Shown here piece after piece: positions 25,903-40,067 of a stretch of DNA of 64,000 bases. The notes beneath the pieces were generated by a model, which was not told the DNA's origin, ran no database searches, and saw only the letters and a list, made by a program, of their open reading frames with translations. Positions within the stretch are counted from its first letter, which is position 1. The number at the start of each line of letters is the position of its first letter. The position numbers were made by a program, and so were the translations under genes. This DNA is from Octopus bimaculoides (Eukaryota), in contig NC_068995.1 in assembly GCF_001194135.2 (NCBI RefSeq), positions 56,359,276 to 56,423,275 on the forward strand. Direction: 5' to 3'.

Positions 25903-27234
25903 GTATATATATAATGTGGTGTATGTATGTGTGTACATATACACACACATATAAATTGTATATTTTAAGTGAATGTCTGTTTCTCTGAGTGTATATTCAC
26001 ACTCACGCACACTTGGAAGTGCACATACCAACCGATACAAACATTATTTCACTACACTATATTCTGACTCTCTCATGCACACAAACATATAAACCTATTA
26101 AGCATATATATGGATGCATATGAATGTGTGTGTGTATAATGTGAATGTATATGTGTGTGTGTGTATAAATACATACACGTATACATACACTTCTCTGAGT
26201 ATACAACGATTTTCATATATTTCCATCTCTGGATGTACATCAATATGAAGAGATATTTACTTGACTATTTTAATAGAGATTCTGTGTTTTTCTCACTTTC
26301 TCATCACTTTGTTATTTATGTACAAGTCTGACACTTTAAAATTTAAGTTAAAAAACTCAAACAGTGGAAGAAAAACAGTAAATTGCACAGCGATATTACA
26401 TTGGGAGAGAATCAAACCAAACGGTAAAGGGGAAGATTAATCAAGAGACGAAATTGGTTTCCTTGTCCGCAACTAAGTTCAGCTTGAGCAAGAAGAGTGC
26501 TTCAAGCAGAAATATAAAGTCTTTGTGAAGAGAATTCAGAAAGGTTCATTCAGTGCTGATTCCTAGGTATAAAAAGGATGTAAATAAAATGGTAATGTGT
26601 GAGTGCAATGAGAGAGGGAGAAAGAGAGATATGCATAGGAAAATGGAGGGAAGGAGAGGAAGGAGAGAGGTGGGAGCAGACGGACAGGAAAAAAGGAAGG
26701 GGAGGTCAAAGTAAATATTCACAGAGAGAGAGAGAGAGACAGAAAATAGAGGCAGCAAATGATAAAGAGAAGGGGAGGATTAGATAGACATGAATGTGTA
26801 TACGCATAAACGCACTGGTAGTCAAATAAGCAGAGAGGGGAAGGAAGAGAGAGAGATGTTGGATTCAGAGTGAGCTACAGAAAGAAAAATTCTGAAATAG
26901 AGATAATAGACAATGAGAGTTTAATGAGTAAAAGAAAGGGGAATAGGTGGAGTGAAGGAATGAAAAAGAAAGAATGAAAGAAGGTAGACTCAATGCTTCT
27001 GTTGGTTAAGAGGTAAAGTCAAGAGGAAGAATTGGAAAGCTGCATCAAGAATTTTCATTACATTTGGTTTCTAATGATATCAAGAAGAAAAAATAGTTAC
27101 AAAATTCCACATACATTATTTATGTCATTGTCTTCTTTTAGGTCTCTAGTTGTCTCTCTCTTTTTCAAAGTATGTATAGATATACACACATATTAAATTA
27201 TGCACACACACACCCACATATATATATGTCTATG

Positions 27235-27273
<39 letters not shown>

Positions 27274-27521
27274 NNNNNNNNNNNNNNNNNNNNNNNNNNN
27301 NNNNNNNNNNNNNNNNNNNNNNNNNNNNNNNNNNNNNNNNNNNNNNNNNNNNNNNNNNNNNNNNNNNNNNNNNNNNNNNNNNNNNNNNNNNNNNNNNNNN
27401 NNNNNNNNNNNNNNNNNNNNNNNNNNNNNNNNNNNNNNNNNNNNNNNNNNNNNNNNNNNNNNNNNNNNNNNNNNNNNNNNNNNNNNNNNNNNNNNNNNNN
27501 NNNNNNNNNNNNNNNNNNNNN

Positions 27522-27567
<46 letters not shown>

Positions 27568-27919
27568 AAAAATCCGTTTACACATACATACATATATTGT
27601 AGGTATTTTTCTATCAATCAGATTCATTTAAAGTCAATCTTTTTTTCCATTTCTTTCATTCTCTTCACTTTTACAAAATAATCAACTCAGTAATGAATCA
27701 AGGAGCATTAGTTTGTGCAGAAGAGATTTGAACTGTTTCACATAATCTATTTTACCAAATTTTATTTTCATTTTAAAACTCTATATGTCTCATCTCCTCA
27801 TTTTCTTAATTTCAAATAAGAGACCAAATAAAATGCATACACGTACAATATGAACAGCCCAGAACCAAGAGCAGTGAAGGGAAGTTGTCAATGGCCGATT
27901 CTCAATAGAGAGAGAAGAT

Positions 27920-28147
27920 TTAAACGGTTAGCATTCAAATTCCTCTGTCAAATGTAAGGATTATTTATTCACATTGGTTTGAATTGATCATGGATTGTTT
28001 GTGTCTTTGAGATTTCAATGATGTGATTGTTTATTTTTAGAATGGTGTTGTAGGGTAGGTGTGAGAGACTGGATCTGGCCAGTTTGAACACAAAACAAGT
28101 AGAATATTTTGGTTGGATTTAGCTGGTTTAAAATGCAAAAGGGTTAA
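27920..28147. mobile_element. TTAA-bounded MITE (piggyBac-type ends)
   Basis: Left ttaaacggttagcatt (degenerate) and right aatgcaaaagggttaa; non-coding; a second partial copy lies at 15643. Confidence 0.6.
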
Positions 28148-29522
28148 GTGAGTGACTATTACAAAAACAACAAATAAATCGATAAAATATAAAAAACTTC
28201 ACAAAAAAACAAAACAAAAGAAACAAAGGATGCATCACTGTGGATTTAACAATGATGGCTAAAACAAGGGGGTAATGTTTAAAGTGTTGCTCCAACATGG
28301 CCATGGTTGTGGTGGCTAAAACTACCTGAAACTAATGTAATAATTTAGCTTTACACACACACACACACATACACACATGCATACACACACACAAAATGGT
28401 CCACACAAACTATAATTATAGCACATTTGCATTGATACATTATTTGAGAGTGAATGTCCACATTTGTTGGCATCCTTTCGTCTCAGGAGACAATGGAGTT
28501 GCGCATAAAATAATCCATTCCTTAACTCTTGTATTCTTATTTGCACACCCGGCAACCCTGGTCACTCTACCGTGAAATATAAAAAGAACTTCTTTCAGTT
28601 TATCGTACTTTGATACCAAAAGAAATCCACAACCTTCCGCCTCAATAAACCACTACTGTCCCTCAAAGTTGTTTTTATATTTACTATGGATTGCTTGAAG
28701 CTAACTTTCTTCCTACACCTTGATCTCTGGATTATATATATATATATATGCATATATATATATATATATATATANNNNNNNNNNNNNNNNNNNNNNNNNN
28801 NNNNNNNNNNNNNNNNNNNNNNNNNNNNNNNNNNNNNNNNNNNNNNNNNNNNNNNNNNNNNNNNNNNNNNNNNNNNNNNNNNNNNNNNNNNNNNNNNNNN
28901 NNNNNNNNNNNNNNNNNNNNNNNNNNNNNNNNNNNNNNNNNNNNNNNNNNNNNNNNNNNNNNNNNNNNNNNNNNNNNNNNNNNNNNNNNNNNNNNNNNNN
29001 NNNNNNNNNNNNNNNNNNNNNNNNNNNNNNNNNNNNNNNNNNNNNNNNNNNNNNNNNNNNNNNNNNNNNNNNNNNNNNNNNNNNNNNNNNNNNNNNNNNN
29101 NNNNNNNNNNNNNNNNNNNNNNNNNNNNNNNNNNNNNNNNNNNNNNNNNNNNNNNNNNNNNNNNNNNNNNNNNNNNNNNNNNNNNNNNNNNNNNNNNNNN
29201 NNNNNNNNNNNNNNNNNNNNNNNNNNNNNNNNNNNNNNNNNNNNNNNNNNNNNNNNNNNNNNNNNNNNNNNNNNNNNNNNNNNNNNNNNNNNNNNNNNNN
29301 NNNNNNNNNNNNNNNNNNNNNNNNNNNNNNNNNNNNNNNNNNNNNNNNNNNNNNNNNNNNNNNNNNNNNNNNNNNNNNNNNNNNNNNNNNNNNNNNNNNN
29401 NNNNNNNNNNNNNNNNNNNNNNNNNNNNNNNNNNNNNNNNNNNNNNNNNNNNNNNNNNNNNNNNNNNNNNNNNNNNNNNNNNNNNNNNNNNNNNNNNNNN
29501 NNNNNNNNNNNNNNNNNNNNNN

Positions 29523-29571
<49 letters not shown>

Positions 29572-30109
29572 TTATATACATGATATATATACATATATAT
29601 ATATATAAACACCAACATACATACCACACAAACAGATGGCCGTGCATAGACAAATACACAGATATGTACATTGTGTTTTCTCTTTCTGTTTAAAATCATT
29701 TGGGGATTATCATTGGCTAGTAAACTTACAGTGCTGATGTGATAAAGCCAGGAATGTTAGATAACACTCTCTACTTACACCTTACTAACAGAGAGAGAGA
29801 GAGAGAAAGATTTCCATTGAAGGCTCAACCACCATCTCCATCTCCAAGAAAATGTGGTATCGGAAATATATCTTGGATTAACTTTATCTGACAAAGGAAG
29901 CAAACTAGCAAAGGCCTGTAGCTGGAGCAGAAGTGCAACAGAAGAAAAGAACTTAACAATCGAGCTATGCAATGTGCAATAAGAACTTACAGAAAAAGCT
30001 TTCAATTATCATACAATCTTTTTTTTTTTCTGTTCATGTTCAAATATAAACACATATGTAAACGCATCATTTTTGTGACTCTCTTCCTCCTTCCTCTCTC
30101 TCCCTCTAA

Positions 30110-30157
<48 letters not shown>

Positions 30158-30470
30158 GTGGCGAGAGAGAGAGAGAGATATATATATATACACACATATA
30201 CAAACATACACAGATAAATGTGCATATATATATGTGATATTTGTACAGTAGATACGGACACACACACACACATGTATGTATATCTGTATATATAGTTATA
30301 TATATGTATATACACATGTATATTTATGCCTATATATGTCTACATATATATAAATATATATACACATGCATATATATATTACATATATACACACATGTAT
30401 GTTTATCTGTGTACATATACAGTTATAAATATATGCATATACACGTATATTTATGTCTATATATTTATAA

Positions 30471-30570
<100 letters not shown>

Positions 30571-30911
30571 ATTGTAATCATACACACATGCATACATAAA
30601 GTATACACATGTATATACATACCAGCAGAAATACATTTATATTAACACAAAGAACTGCAAATTGTGGAATTCTTTGACTCAGTACAAATGTGTTATGATT
30701 CTTTTAAGTTATTTCCAAGAGGTCAATTATATGGTGAAGAATAATTTCGTTTTCTTTGTTTCTAAACCTTTAGACCCAAGATAATGTAACAGTGTGAATG
30801 AATCTGGTAGAAAGAAATGGTATGAAAGCCCATCACATAATTCTTCTGGTTCATTCAATAATTAATATTATGCTTTGTACTTTGGCAAACACTGTATTCT
30901 AAATCATCTTT

Positions 30912-31040
30912 TATTTGTTTCACTCACTGGATTGTGGCCATGCTGGGGCACTCTCCTGAAGGTTTTTAGTTAAACTAATTGACACCAATACATTTTTTTA
31001 AAAAACCTAGTACTTATCCTATTGATCTTTTATGCTTGAG
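30912..31040 (-). mobile_element. SINE tail type B
   Basis: tgtttcactcactggattgtggccatgctggggcactctcctgaaggtttttagttaaactaattgacaccaatac is the reverse complement of tail B. Confidence 0.7.
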
Positions 31041-31084
31041 TTCTAACCAATGGTTATTAATATTGCTATCCTTAAGCTAAATTA

Positions 31085-31335
31085 TAAAAGATATATGTAT
31101 GTGTATGTGTGTGTCTGTGTCCTTGTGTCAGTGTTTGTCACCTTCCCCACTGCTTGACAATCAGTGTTGGTTTTTTACGTCCCCCAAATGTAGTGGTTCA
31201 GCAAGCAAGACTGATAGAAATATTACCAGACTTTAAAAAAAAGGGAAATACTAGGGTAAATTTGTTCAAGTAATGTTGCTGAAGCCAGTACTCCAGCATG
31301 GCCAAAGTTCAATGACTGAAACAAGGGGAAGATAA
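31085..31335 (+). mobile_element. SINE tail type B with preceding (TG)n
   Basis: gtgtttgtcaccttccccactgcttgacaatcagtgttgg...ccagcatggccaaagttcaatgactgaaacaaggggaagataaaaga. Confidence 0.75.
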
Positions 31336-32546
31336 AAGATTCAGCAAAGTCACAAGAACTAGAAATGGATCTTTGTTACCAAAGAAAGCAACAGCAACCT
31401 ACATTGCCAGGTAAAAACAGGTGACGTATTCAGTTAAAGAGCCTGAGATTTCGGTAACAAACAGTCAGAGTAAAATGAATGGCGAAGAAAGTGATATAAC
31501 TTTACACTGAAGAATATAGAGAAGAAGAATGGAAAAATTCAAAGAAAATTGATAAAAGAAGAACTATACAAAACGAAAATTGAGTTTATTGCAACTAATC
31601 ATAAACTGAGCCGGAATATAGACAGAGAGGAGTTGTTTGGAAGAAGGAAATAAATTTTGGTTTATGATATCCACAACAGAATGGCATACAGAGTAAAGAA
31701 TAAAGACAAATATATGAGTCTAAAAGAAAGTAAGAATTTTAATTTCAACCAGAAATGTCAGGGAATAGCTACAAGTCACTCAATAAAAAATGACAACAAA
31801 AACAAAAAAGAAAAGAAAAAAGAAATCCAGCAAAATCAACACCAAATTTTGAGATGCAACTTTTTTTTTGAAAACAAAATCTTTTTAGAATTTCATTTTT
31901 GGTGCATATTGTACAATGGTAAGGTAGGCGAGGTAGTTCAATAAAAAATTTTTGTCAAGGTCAACTAAAAGACGTCTTATTTTTATTTTTTTGCATTCGG
32001 TTATTCCTTTATTGGAATATAATCCTGTCCATTGTTTTTTTTTTTTTTTCTTCTGCATTTATTTTGAATATGAAAAACAGTTCTTTTCTAAGGTGGTGAT
32101 TTTTATAATAATTGTAATGTCAAGGACGACAAAGAAGGAGAAATATGGTAAGGATTCCAAAGTGTTTGGAAAGGAAAAGAAAGACAAATCAGCCATCTTG
32201 AGGTAAGCATCCCAATATTGGTGTGGTGGAAGGAACACAGAAGGAAAACAGGTCACATGACTTACAAACCATGTTTGCTTTCACTTCTGCCAAATGTTGA
32301 CACAACTGGTGCAGAAAAAGACCTGGGGATGGGAAGAACAGTGCTGTTTGAAATGTGGAAAGCAGTTGGAAGTATAAGGAGTGGAAATCTCATTCAGCTT
32401 GCATCTTATTAAAGTTGGCACATCTTCTATGTTGCATATATTTTTCTTACCATTGTCTCACATACTCATTTAAAGACACTCACAGACAAAAATCACATGC
32501 AAAAGCACTTTACACACACTTATACCCCTTCACACATCTCTCTCTG

Positions 32547-32578
<32 letters not shown>

Positions 32579-33714
32579 CACATATACAGATATAAATGTA
32601 TTGCTATATTCACAGTACATCCCTTCTTCAGTTCACTGCAAGCCATGTAATTCACTATCATTGTTAATATCTAAGTGTATGATGCCATGCATTGGCAAGT
32701 GAAATGTGCTGGTTTGTGTTGACAGAGCAGCATTTGAATGGCCTTCAAAAGATATGAGCCATCTAAAATTCACTAATCCTTCGTTTTCATCACCTAGTTT
32801 GATCATCCACTCTAGTTATATCAGTGTTGACTCAGATGGTGTATATTTTTATGAAGAACTCAGTTTTACAGCCTAGCAGCATTGCATACGAACACAGAAC
32901 ACAGCTGAAGCTGAAGGTAGGAGGACGTCTGCTGGAGTAGATTATCAATTGAAAGCTTCTTGGGAGAGCAAACATTATTACATATACTGAGTCAACAATA
33001 GGATATTCTTATAATTTATATTCACACTGATTCACACCCCCCCTTACTCGTTACCATTCCTTATTCCAAACATGCAAAGGTTTGCAGAGACAGTGTAATA
33101 CAATTGAAGAAGCAGATACAAGCTGAGAGAATTTTTATCCTTCTTTTATTGCTCATAATAAACTTTGACAGCCAAAAGTATATTAGTGTGGATAAGAACA
33201 CTGAATGCAGCTCCTATCTGTATAAGTAGCAGTTATGATAAAAATCCTCCATACAGTAAAATAAAAAATAAAATTTTAGAAATATCTTTATTACACTCAA
33301 TACAATTTCTTGTAGCGATATAATATCAGAATGAAATAAAAATGAAAAGAAACAAATATTAAATGCAAAGCAAGAATATTTACTAAATGCAACTATATGC
33401 ATGCGATTTAACTCTTCCATAACCATATTTCCAAGGCAATACACTGCTTATATGGTTTAGCTTAGTATTGAAAATAATCAAGGATTTTGAGGGATTTAGT
33501 AAAATAACCACATGGTAGAATTTTATGTGTGGTTTGATGAGTAAAAAAAAAATACATTAAATTAATTAACTGAGATTATTCAAAGAATTAGCTGTCAAAA
33601 TTCTGTCTAGGAGTGTTTCAAATTTTAAAATCAACTCATAATGTAAGGAGCTGGAATAAAAACGGTAAGGTAATTCTTTCAACATTCTTTGAACTCTGTT
33701 AAGGATGTGAAAGG

Positions 33715-33761
<47 letters not shown>

Positions 33762-34011
33762 TTATGGTTTCAGATGAATACAAAGTTCACCAGTACTTCA
33801 TTTCACCTGGGTTAACAAAATAAGTCATTGTATCATATTGAAATAAATGGTTAACAGCTATTCTATATCTGCTGGTTCACTGAGTTTGCAAATCAGTCAC
33901 AGCAAAACTTGCCAAGAAAAGTTATAACTGCATCTATTTAAATTGAAACAAAAAAAATCTTGCTAGTTTTTAACTGAAAGAGTTTGGTTTTAAATCTTTT
34001 CCCCAAAACAG

Positions 34012-34223
34012 TTAACCCTTATTTGGGACAATTCTTGGATCTGTGATATGAATTCCTTGTTTTAAAGTAATCTAATACTTTCTATCAAGCTTTCATGTTC
34101 ACATATATTCCATATACATACTTAATAATGTCAAAGTTATTTTACAAAATTCTTTCTTATTTTCAAAATTAAGTAAAACAAAGGTTGTGTATTTTAGCAG
34201 AAATATGGTAATAAAGGGATTAA
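34012..34223. mobile_element. TTAA-bounded MITE (second piggyBac-type family) followed by a partial tandem copy to about 34335
   Basis: Left ttaaccctt, right aaagggattaa; internal cttaataatgtcaaagttattt...cttattttcaaaa recurs at about 34283-34330. Confidence 0.55.
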
Positions 34224-34526
34224 GGTAATCCAAATCCAAACCTTGCATCAAAATTTCATCCTAATTTAGGTTCTAAACACCAACTTAATAACGACAAAGT
34301 TATTTTTCCTAAATTTTTCCTTATTTTCAAAACAAAATGGTTAAAAGTTATCTATTGGTTTTTATAAATGAAAGTCTTATGAGAGAGAAACATGTCAACA
34401 GAAGAATATGCAGACATCAGTGAGAGAAGCAACTCAGTAAGACTCTATTTAAACTGAATTTTATGATTATCTTACACGAGTTAAAACTTGTTACAAAAAC
34501 TTTTTCTTGCAGAGTTTCTTACTTAA

Positions 34527-34748
34527 CTCTTTTGTCAAGCAGGAAATGTCAAAGAAAGAAAGTCGGCAATCTTGCAAACAGTATCATTCCTTGAGGAACA
34601 GACAACAAAATACTATAATTACGATGTCAATTTGGCATCTGTACTACTATACTGGTATGGCTGGACAATTAAGGTGTGCAGCTTTCACAAACTGGTTATT
34701 GTGATTAGCGATGAGCAGGCAACTGACATATCCAAGCAGTGTGATTGA
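34527..34748 (+). other. Stop-free frame of 73 codons, candidate exon, product unknown
   Basis: LFCQAGNVKERKSAILQTVSFLEEQTTKYYNYDVNLASVLLYWYGWTIKVCSFHKLVIVISDEQATDISKQCD*; acceptor-like sites at 34512 (tttttcttgcag) and 34542, donor-like tg|gtatgg at 34654. Confidence 0.2.
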
Positions 34749-35398
34749 CTACAAGCATAGTAGAGTTGAATTTATCTTTTAGGGAAGCAGGGGAATGAAG
34801 GGAAATAAAAGTTTTATTTGATCAAATTTGTTACTTTTCTAGTTATATTATCACAAATTGATGCTCTGTAGCAATAGTTATCTGTATCTTTCCTTTCTAA
34901 AGGAAAGAAATAAACGCGTTCCTTTTCTGTTTTCACTTTCACTTTTCCCAATTGGTCTTGTAGTTAGTGTTCAGTTGGATGACTTCTCTAACAACAACCA
35001 CTCAAAATTGAAATGAGAAACCAGAAGCAAGTAAAAACACTATAAACGTATGGATATGGTCTCAGGCCAGACAAAACCATAACATCAAGAATTTGTTGAT
35101 TTTAAGAGCTGTACTGAAGCTTGGCATTTGCTCTGCTCAGTTGGCACACAGAGAGTAGAGTGCTATGAATAAGTGAGGTGAATATTTCTGTGTTTGTGTG
35201 ATGAAGACAGTAATTGTATACACCAGTGTGTGTATGTAGACACACCAAAATATGCATGCAAGCGCATGAATGCAAATGTGAGCATGTTGGACCTCAGTAA
35301 TCTTTAATGTTTTATTATGTGTTAAATATCCCAATTGTCAACCAGTTTTCAGCAACTCAACATACTTTACTTCTTCAAAATAAATTACACTCTAAAGG

Positions 35399-35762
35399 TA
35401 CAAGCACAGCTGTGTGGTTAAGAAGCTTGATTTGCAATCCAATGGTTTTAGGTTCAGTCCCACAGTGTAACATCTTGAGCAAGTGTTTTCTACTATAGCC
35501 TCAAGGTTTCCAACTACATGGTTTTAGGTTCAGTCCCACTGCATGGCACTTTAGGCAAGTGTCTTCTGCCATAGGCCCCATGCCAACTAAAGCCTTGTGA
35601 ATGGATTTGGAAGAGGAAACTGAAAGAAGCCCATTGTATTTGTGTATGTGAGTGTGTGTGTATATGTGTAGAGTGTGATGTAGCCCTGCATTTTGTTGGA
35701 TGCTGTTAAACAGTCATAACCATGCTAGCCCGGGAAACAGATGTTAAATGATGATGATGAAG
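35399..35762 (+). mobile_element. SINE family A with duplicated head segment and short (GAT)n tail
   Basis: tggttttaggttcagtccca...gcaagtgt(t/c)ttct occurs twice (about 35443 and 35518); then gtgaatggatttgg, (TG)n and ggaaacagatgttaaatgatgatgatga. Confidence 0.75.
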
Positions 35763-37548
35763 ATGTGTGTGTGTATGTGTGTGCATGTGATTTGTCTTTA
35801 AGTGTTTTCATTGGTTGTAAACAATGGCCTTGCAGTCCACCACAAAAGCATGTCCAGGCTTCTTGACATGTTACACACAATCTCTGTAAACAAAAGGCCC
35901 ATTCATAGGGTTTTGTTTCCAGTTTTCCAAGTAAACATGTCCATGCTATTGGTTGTTCAACAGACTGGGATATTGCAACCTCATTGCTTACTGGAATCAT
36001 GCGGGACTCAACGTCAGGAAGGGCATCAGACCATAGCAAACTCAGTCACAACCCCAATACACTTATGTCTGACGCATGCAAACATGGAAAACAGATGTTG
36101 AAAATGATGATGATGATGGTGATGGTGATGATAATGAACTCCTACACAAAATTATCTTTTTGACAAGGAAAATAAATAAATAAATGAATTGTAAATAAAA
36201 TCTTTATTAAGGTAATTATTTCAATTATTTTTGATATTATTCTGACAATCATAATTGTCATCAACATTAACACCTATATTGATAACTAGAAGTGTGGTGG
36301 TGGTGGTGGTGGTGGTTGTTGTTGTTGGTGGTGGTGGTGATCGAAAACAGGGAAAGAATAACAGTCATATTAGTATGATAACTACTATGATGATGATGAT
36401 AATGATGACAATGCTAATCATAATTGTACTGATGTTGGGAGGGATGATGATGATAATGATGATGTTGATGATGATAATGACAGTGATGATGATAATGATG
36501 ATGACGGTAATGATGATGATGATGATAAAAAAAAACATTTACAAGAAAAAGAAATCACAATGTTGAGGATGTGCTCAAACTATTTACACATGGAATAATT
36601 GAAAGCAAAGTTAAAATAAATATTTTTCAACAACAACCAATGAAAAGTACTTTGAGAAAGCTGAATATTTACTTTCCTTTTTAAAATTCAGAAATAAAAT
36701 TTCATGCTAAAAAAACAAACAAAAAAAAACACACTAGNNNNNNNNNNNNNNNNNNNNNNNNNNNNNNNNNNNNNNNNNNNNNNNNNNNNNNNNNNNNNNN
36801 NNNNNNNNNNNNNNNNNNNNNNNNNNNNNNNNNNNNNNNNNNNNNNNNNNNNNNNNNNNNNNNNNNNNNNNNNNNNNNNNNNNNNNNNNNNNNNNNNNNN
36901 NNNNNNNNNNNNNNNNNNNNNNNNNNNNNNNNNNNNNNNNNNNNNNNNNNNNNNNNNNNNNNNNNNNNNNNNNNNNNNNNNNNNNNNNNNNNNNNNNNNN
37001 NNNNNNNNNNNNNNNNNNNNNNNNNNNNNNNNNNNNNNNNNNNNNNNNNNNNNNNNNNNNNNNNNNNNNNNNNNNNNNNNNNNNNNNNNNNNNNNNNNNN
37101 NNNNNNNNNNNNNNNNNNNNNNNNNNNNNNNNNNNNNNNNNNNNNNNNNNNNNNNNNNNNNNNNNNNNNNNNNNNNNNNNNNNNNNNNNNNNNNNNNNNN
37201 NNNNNNNNNNNNNNNNNNNNNNNNNNNNNNNNNNNNNNNNNNNNNNNNNNNNNNNNNNNNNNNNNNNNNNNNNNNNNNNNNNNNNNNNNNNNNNNNNNNN
37301 NNNNNNNNNNNNNNNNNNNNNNNNNNNNNNNNNNNNNNNNNNNNNNNNNNNNNNNNNNNNNNNNNNNNNNNNNNNNNNNNNNNNNNNNNNNNNNNNNNNN
37401 NNNNNNNNNNNNNNNNNNNNNNNNNNNNNNNNNNNNNNNNNNNNNNNNNNNNNNNNNNNNNNNNNNNNNNNNNNNNNNNNNNNNNNNNNNNNNNNNNNNN
37501 NNNNNNNNNNNNNNNNNNNNNNNNNNNNNNNNNNNNNNNNNNNNNNNN

Positions 37549-37593
<45 letters not shown>

Positions 37594-38291
37594 ACGCAGA
37601 CAGAATAAGCACAGGTAAACACAAACACACAAATACAAGCACATAAACACAGATGCTCATATTATATATGCAGACACATATAAAGATACATTACACACAC
37701 GCACACATTCACAGGTACACATCTATATACACACACAGTTGCATACATACAAAGCACAACTCGAAAATGACATGCAGCTACCCATACATACAAACAGACA
37801 TATAGACACACAGATTGATTATGTTTAAAAACTGATATGAATTTTTAAAATTCTGTTTCAGTTTAATTTTATTTTTTATTTGTTCGTTATTTATATTTTT
37901 TGGTTGCTGTTACTTTTGTGAGAATTAATATTTGTCATTATCTACATTTTTGTTGTTGTGGCTTTGTTGTTGTCGAGTTTTATATTTTTCTCAGTAGAAG
38001 TATGGGCATGTTTTATGAACATAATCTTTTGCATATATTGATCAGCGATTGATTGATTTGTCTGATGATAGGCTTACTGTAATGTGCAGTGTGGTATTGC
38101 GCTCATTAGAAGCATACAAAAGAACAGAAAATTACCAGGAACAAATATATACATCACCTCCACACAAACACTTGCACACGCACACACGTATTAAGAAAAA
38201 GAATGAATGGATGGGGGCGGTGGATATATGCATGAGAAAAAGACAGAAAGAAAGTTTGAAAAATATATGTTTGACATGTATGGAGATGTAC

Positions 38292-38359
<68 letters not shown>

Positions 38360-38418
38360 TCACATGTATAAGTATAGACACATACACAAATAGATACATA
38401 TATATACTCAAACATGTG

Positions 38419-38455
<37 letters not shown>

Positions 38456-39287
38456 GTATATATACACACAGACATATATATGTGTATAAATATATATAAA
38501 AATAAATATATACATATATACATATGCACACATACAAACATACTCTCACAAATACAAACATGTACAAATACATATATTACATACATTACATACATACATA
38601 CACACATACATATACACATACACACACACACATTACGTACATATACATCACACAAGAATTTCTACAGAATGTAGATTTACTCTTCTGTATCATTTAAGCA
38701 AATGACAGTTGTTGTTTTTGTTTTTGTTTTTTTCTATTTCTGTTGCAGTTTCTTATTCAGAAAAATATACAAACAAAAAAAAAACAACCAATTAAGGTAA
38801 AAACAAAGTCCCTTTGAAAAATAAAAAAAGAATAAGTAAAAAAAAAAAAAGAGAAAATAGAAAAAGAAAAGAAATTCTTGGAATCATTATGAAATCCACA
38901 AAAATGAAGTATATGCTTAGAAGATATTGAACTAAATGAGAATTGTGCAAGTTTTTCTCATGCATTAAACTACCATTTTCTAAAGTAGATGCCATATCCC
39001 TACTGATGTTGGCCATAATATATTCTATGGGGTTTTAAACAAAGAGAAGAATTCTGAGCAAAAACCAAATAATTTATGACATGTCATTATTGTTTCTGAA
39101 TAGGAAATAATCTATTTCCAGTTCAGTTTTGTTGTGGAGATATTTTCCTCAATTAGATAAATTCCCTGTTAGCGAGGTGACATATTAGTTGCAAGAGGTG
39201 GAGTTAGTAAATGTCATACTGGTAAGTGATAGAGGTGTTATCAAAGTTTAAAAGGAAAAAAAAGGAAAGAAAATGAAAGAACGCATA

Positions 39288-39668
39288 GGTGCAGGAATGG
39301 TTGTGTGGTAAGAAGTTTGCTTCTCAACTACATGGTTCCAGGTTCAGTCTCACTGTTAGGGGAACCATGGGTAAATGTCTTCTATTATAGCCCTAAGTCA
39401 ACCAAGGCCTTGAGAAAAGATTTGGAAAAACAAAACTGAAAGAATATTATATATAATTATATATATAATAGACACAGGAGTGGCTGTGTGATAAGAAGCT
39501 TGCTTCCCAACCACATGGTTCAAGGTTCAGTCCCATTGTGTGGCACCTTGGGCAAGTATCTTCTACTATATTTGTTTGACTAAAAAGAAAAAAGAAAAAA
39601 AGAACCTTTTGTACAGTGCCCCAGCATGGCCACAGTCCAATGACTGAAACAAGGAAGAGATAAAAGAA
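39288..39668 (+). mobile_element. Two tandem family A SINEs; the second ends in tail type B
   Basis: Heads at about 39288 (ggtgcaggaatggttgtgtggtaagaag) and 39473 (caggagtggctgtgtgataagaag); terminal ccagcatggccacagtccaatgactgaaacaaggaagagataaaaga. Confidence 0.8.
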
Positions 39669-40067
39669 AGATATACTTTAGTTTGTGGGAAGAGATTTTC
39701 TTTCCATTTTTTAAATTCAAAATGACTATAAATGTCTGAGAGTGGGAGGGGCTGCATGCCACTGGAGAAAAGTGAGCTGGGTCTAGATAGGCAATGGTAA
39801 GTTGACTATGTTCCTCATGGGACATTGCCCATGAAGTTTTCCTCAGCTAATTTTTATTATTATAAAGATTTTGTAGGTTTATGAACATTCCATAAACTTA
39901 TACATAATACAGATATATATATATATCTACATATTTATAACTATGTCTGTCTGTGTATGTATCTATCTATGCAACCTTATTTAAACTTGGACAAATTCCT
40001 CCAAGAAATATATATATATACACTCATGATATATACAACATACATAAATCGGTTGACGTGGATGCAA

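Noticed and set aside
32825-32997. 11-bp inverted repeat (tgttgactcag / ctgagtcaaca) suggesting a C/D snoRNA or MITE
   Set aside because: No properly placed RUGAUGA box C, no internal pairing seen and no other copy; compatible with chance.
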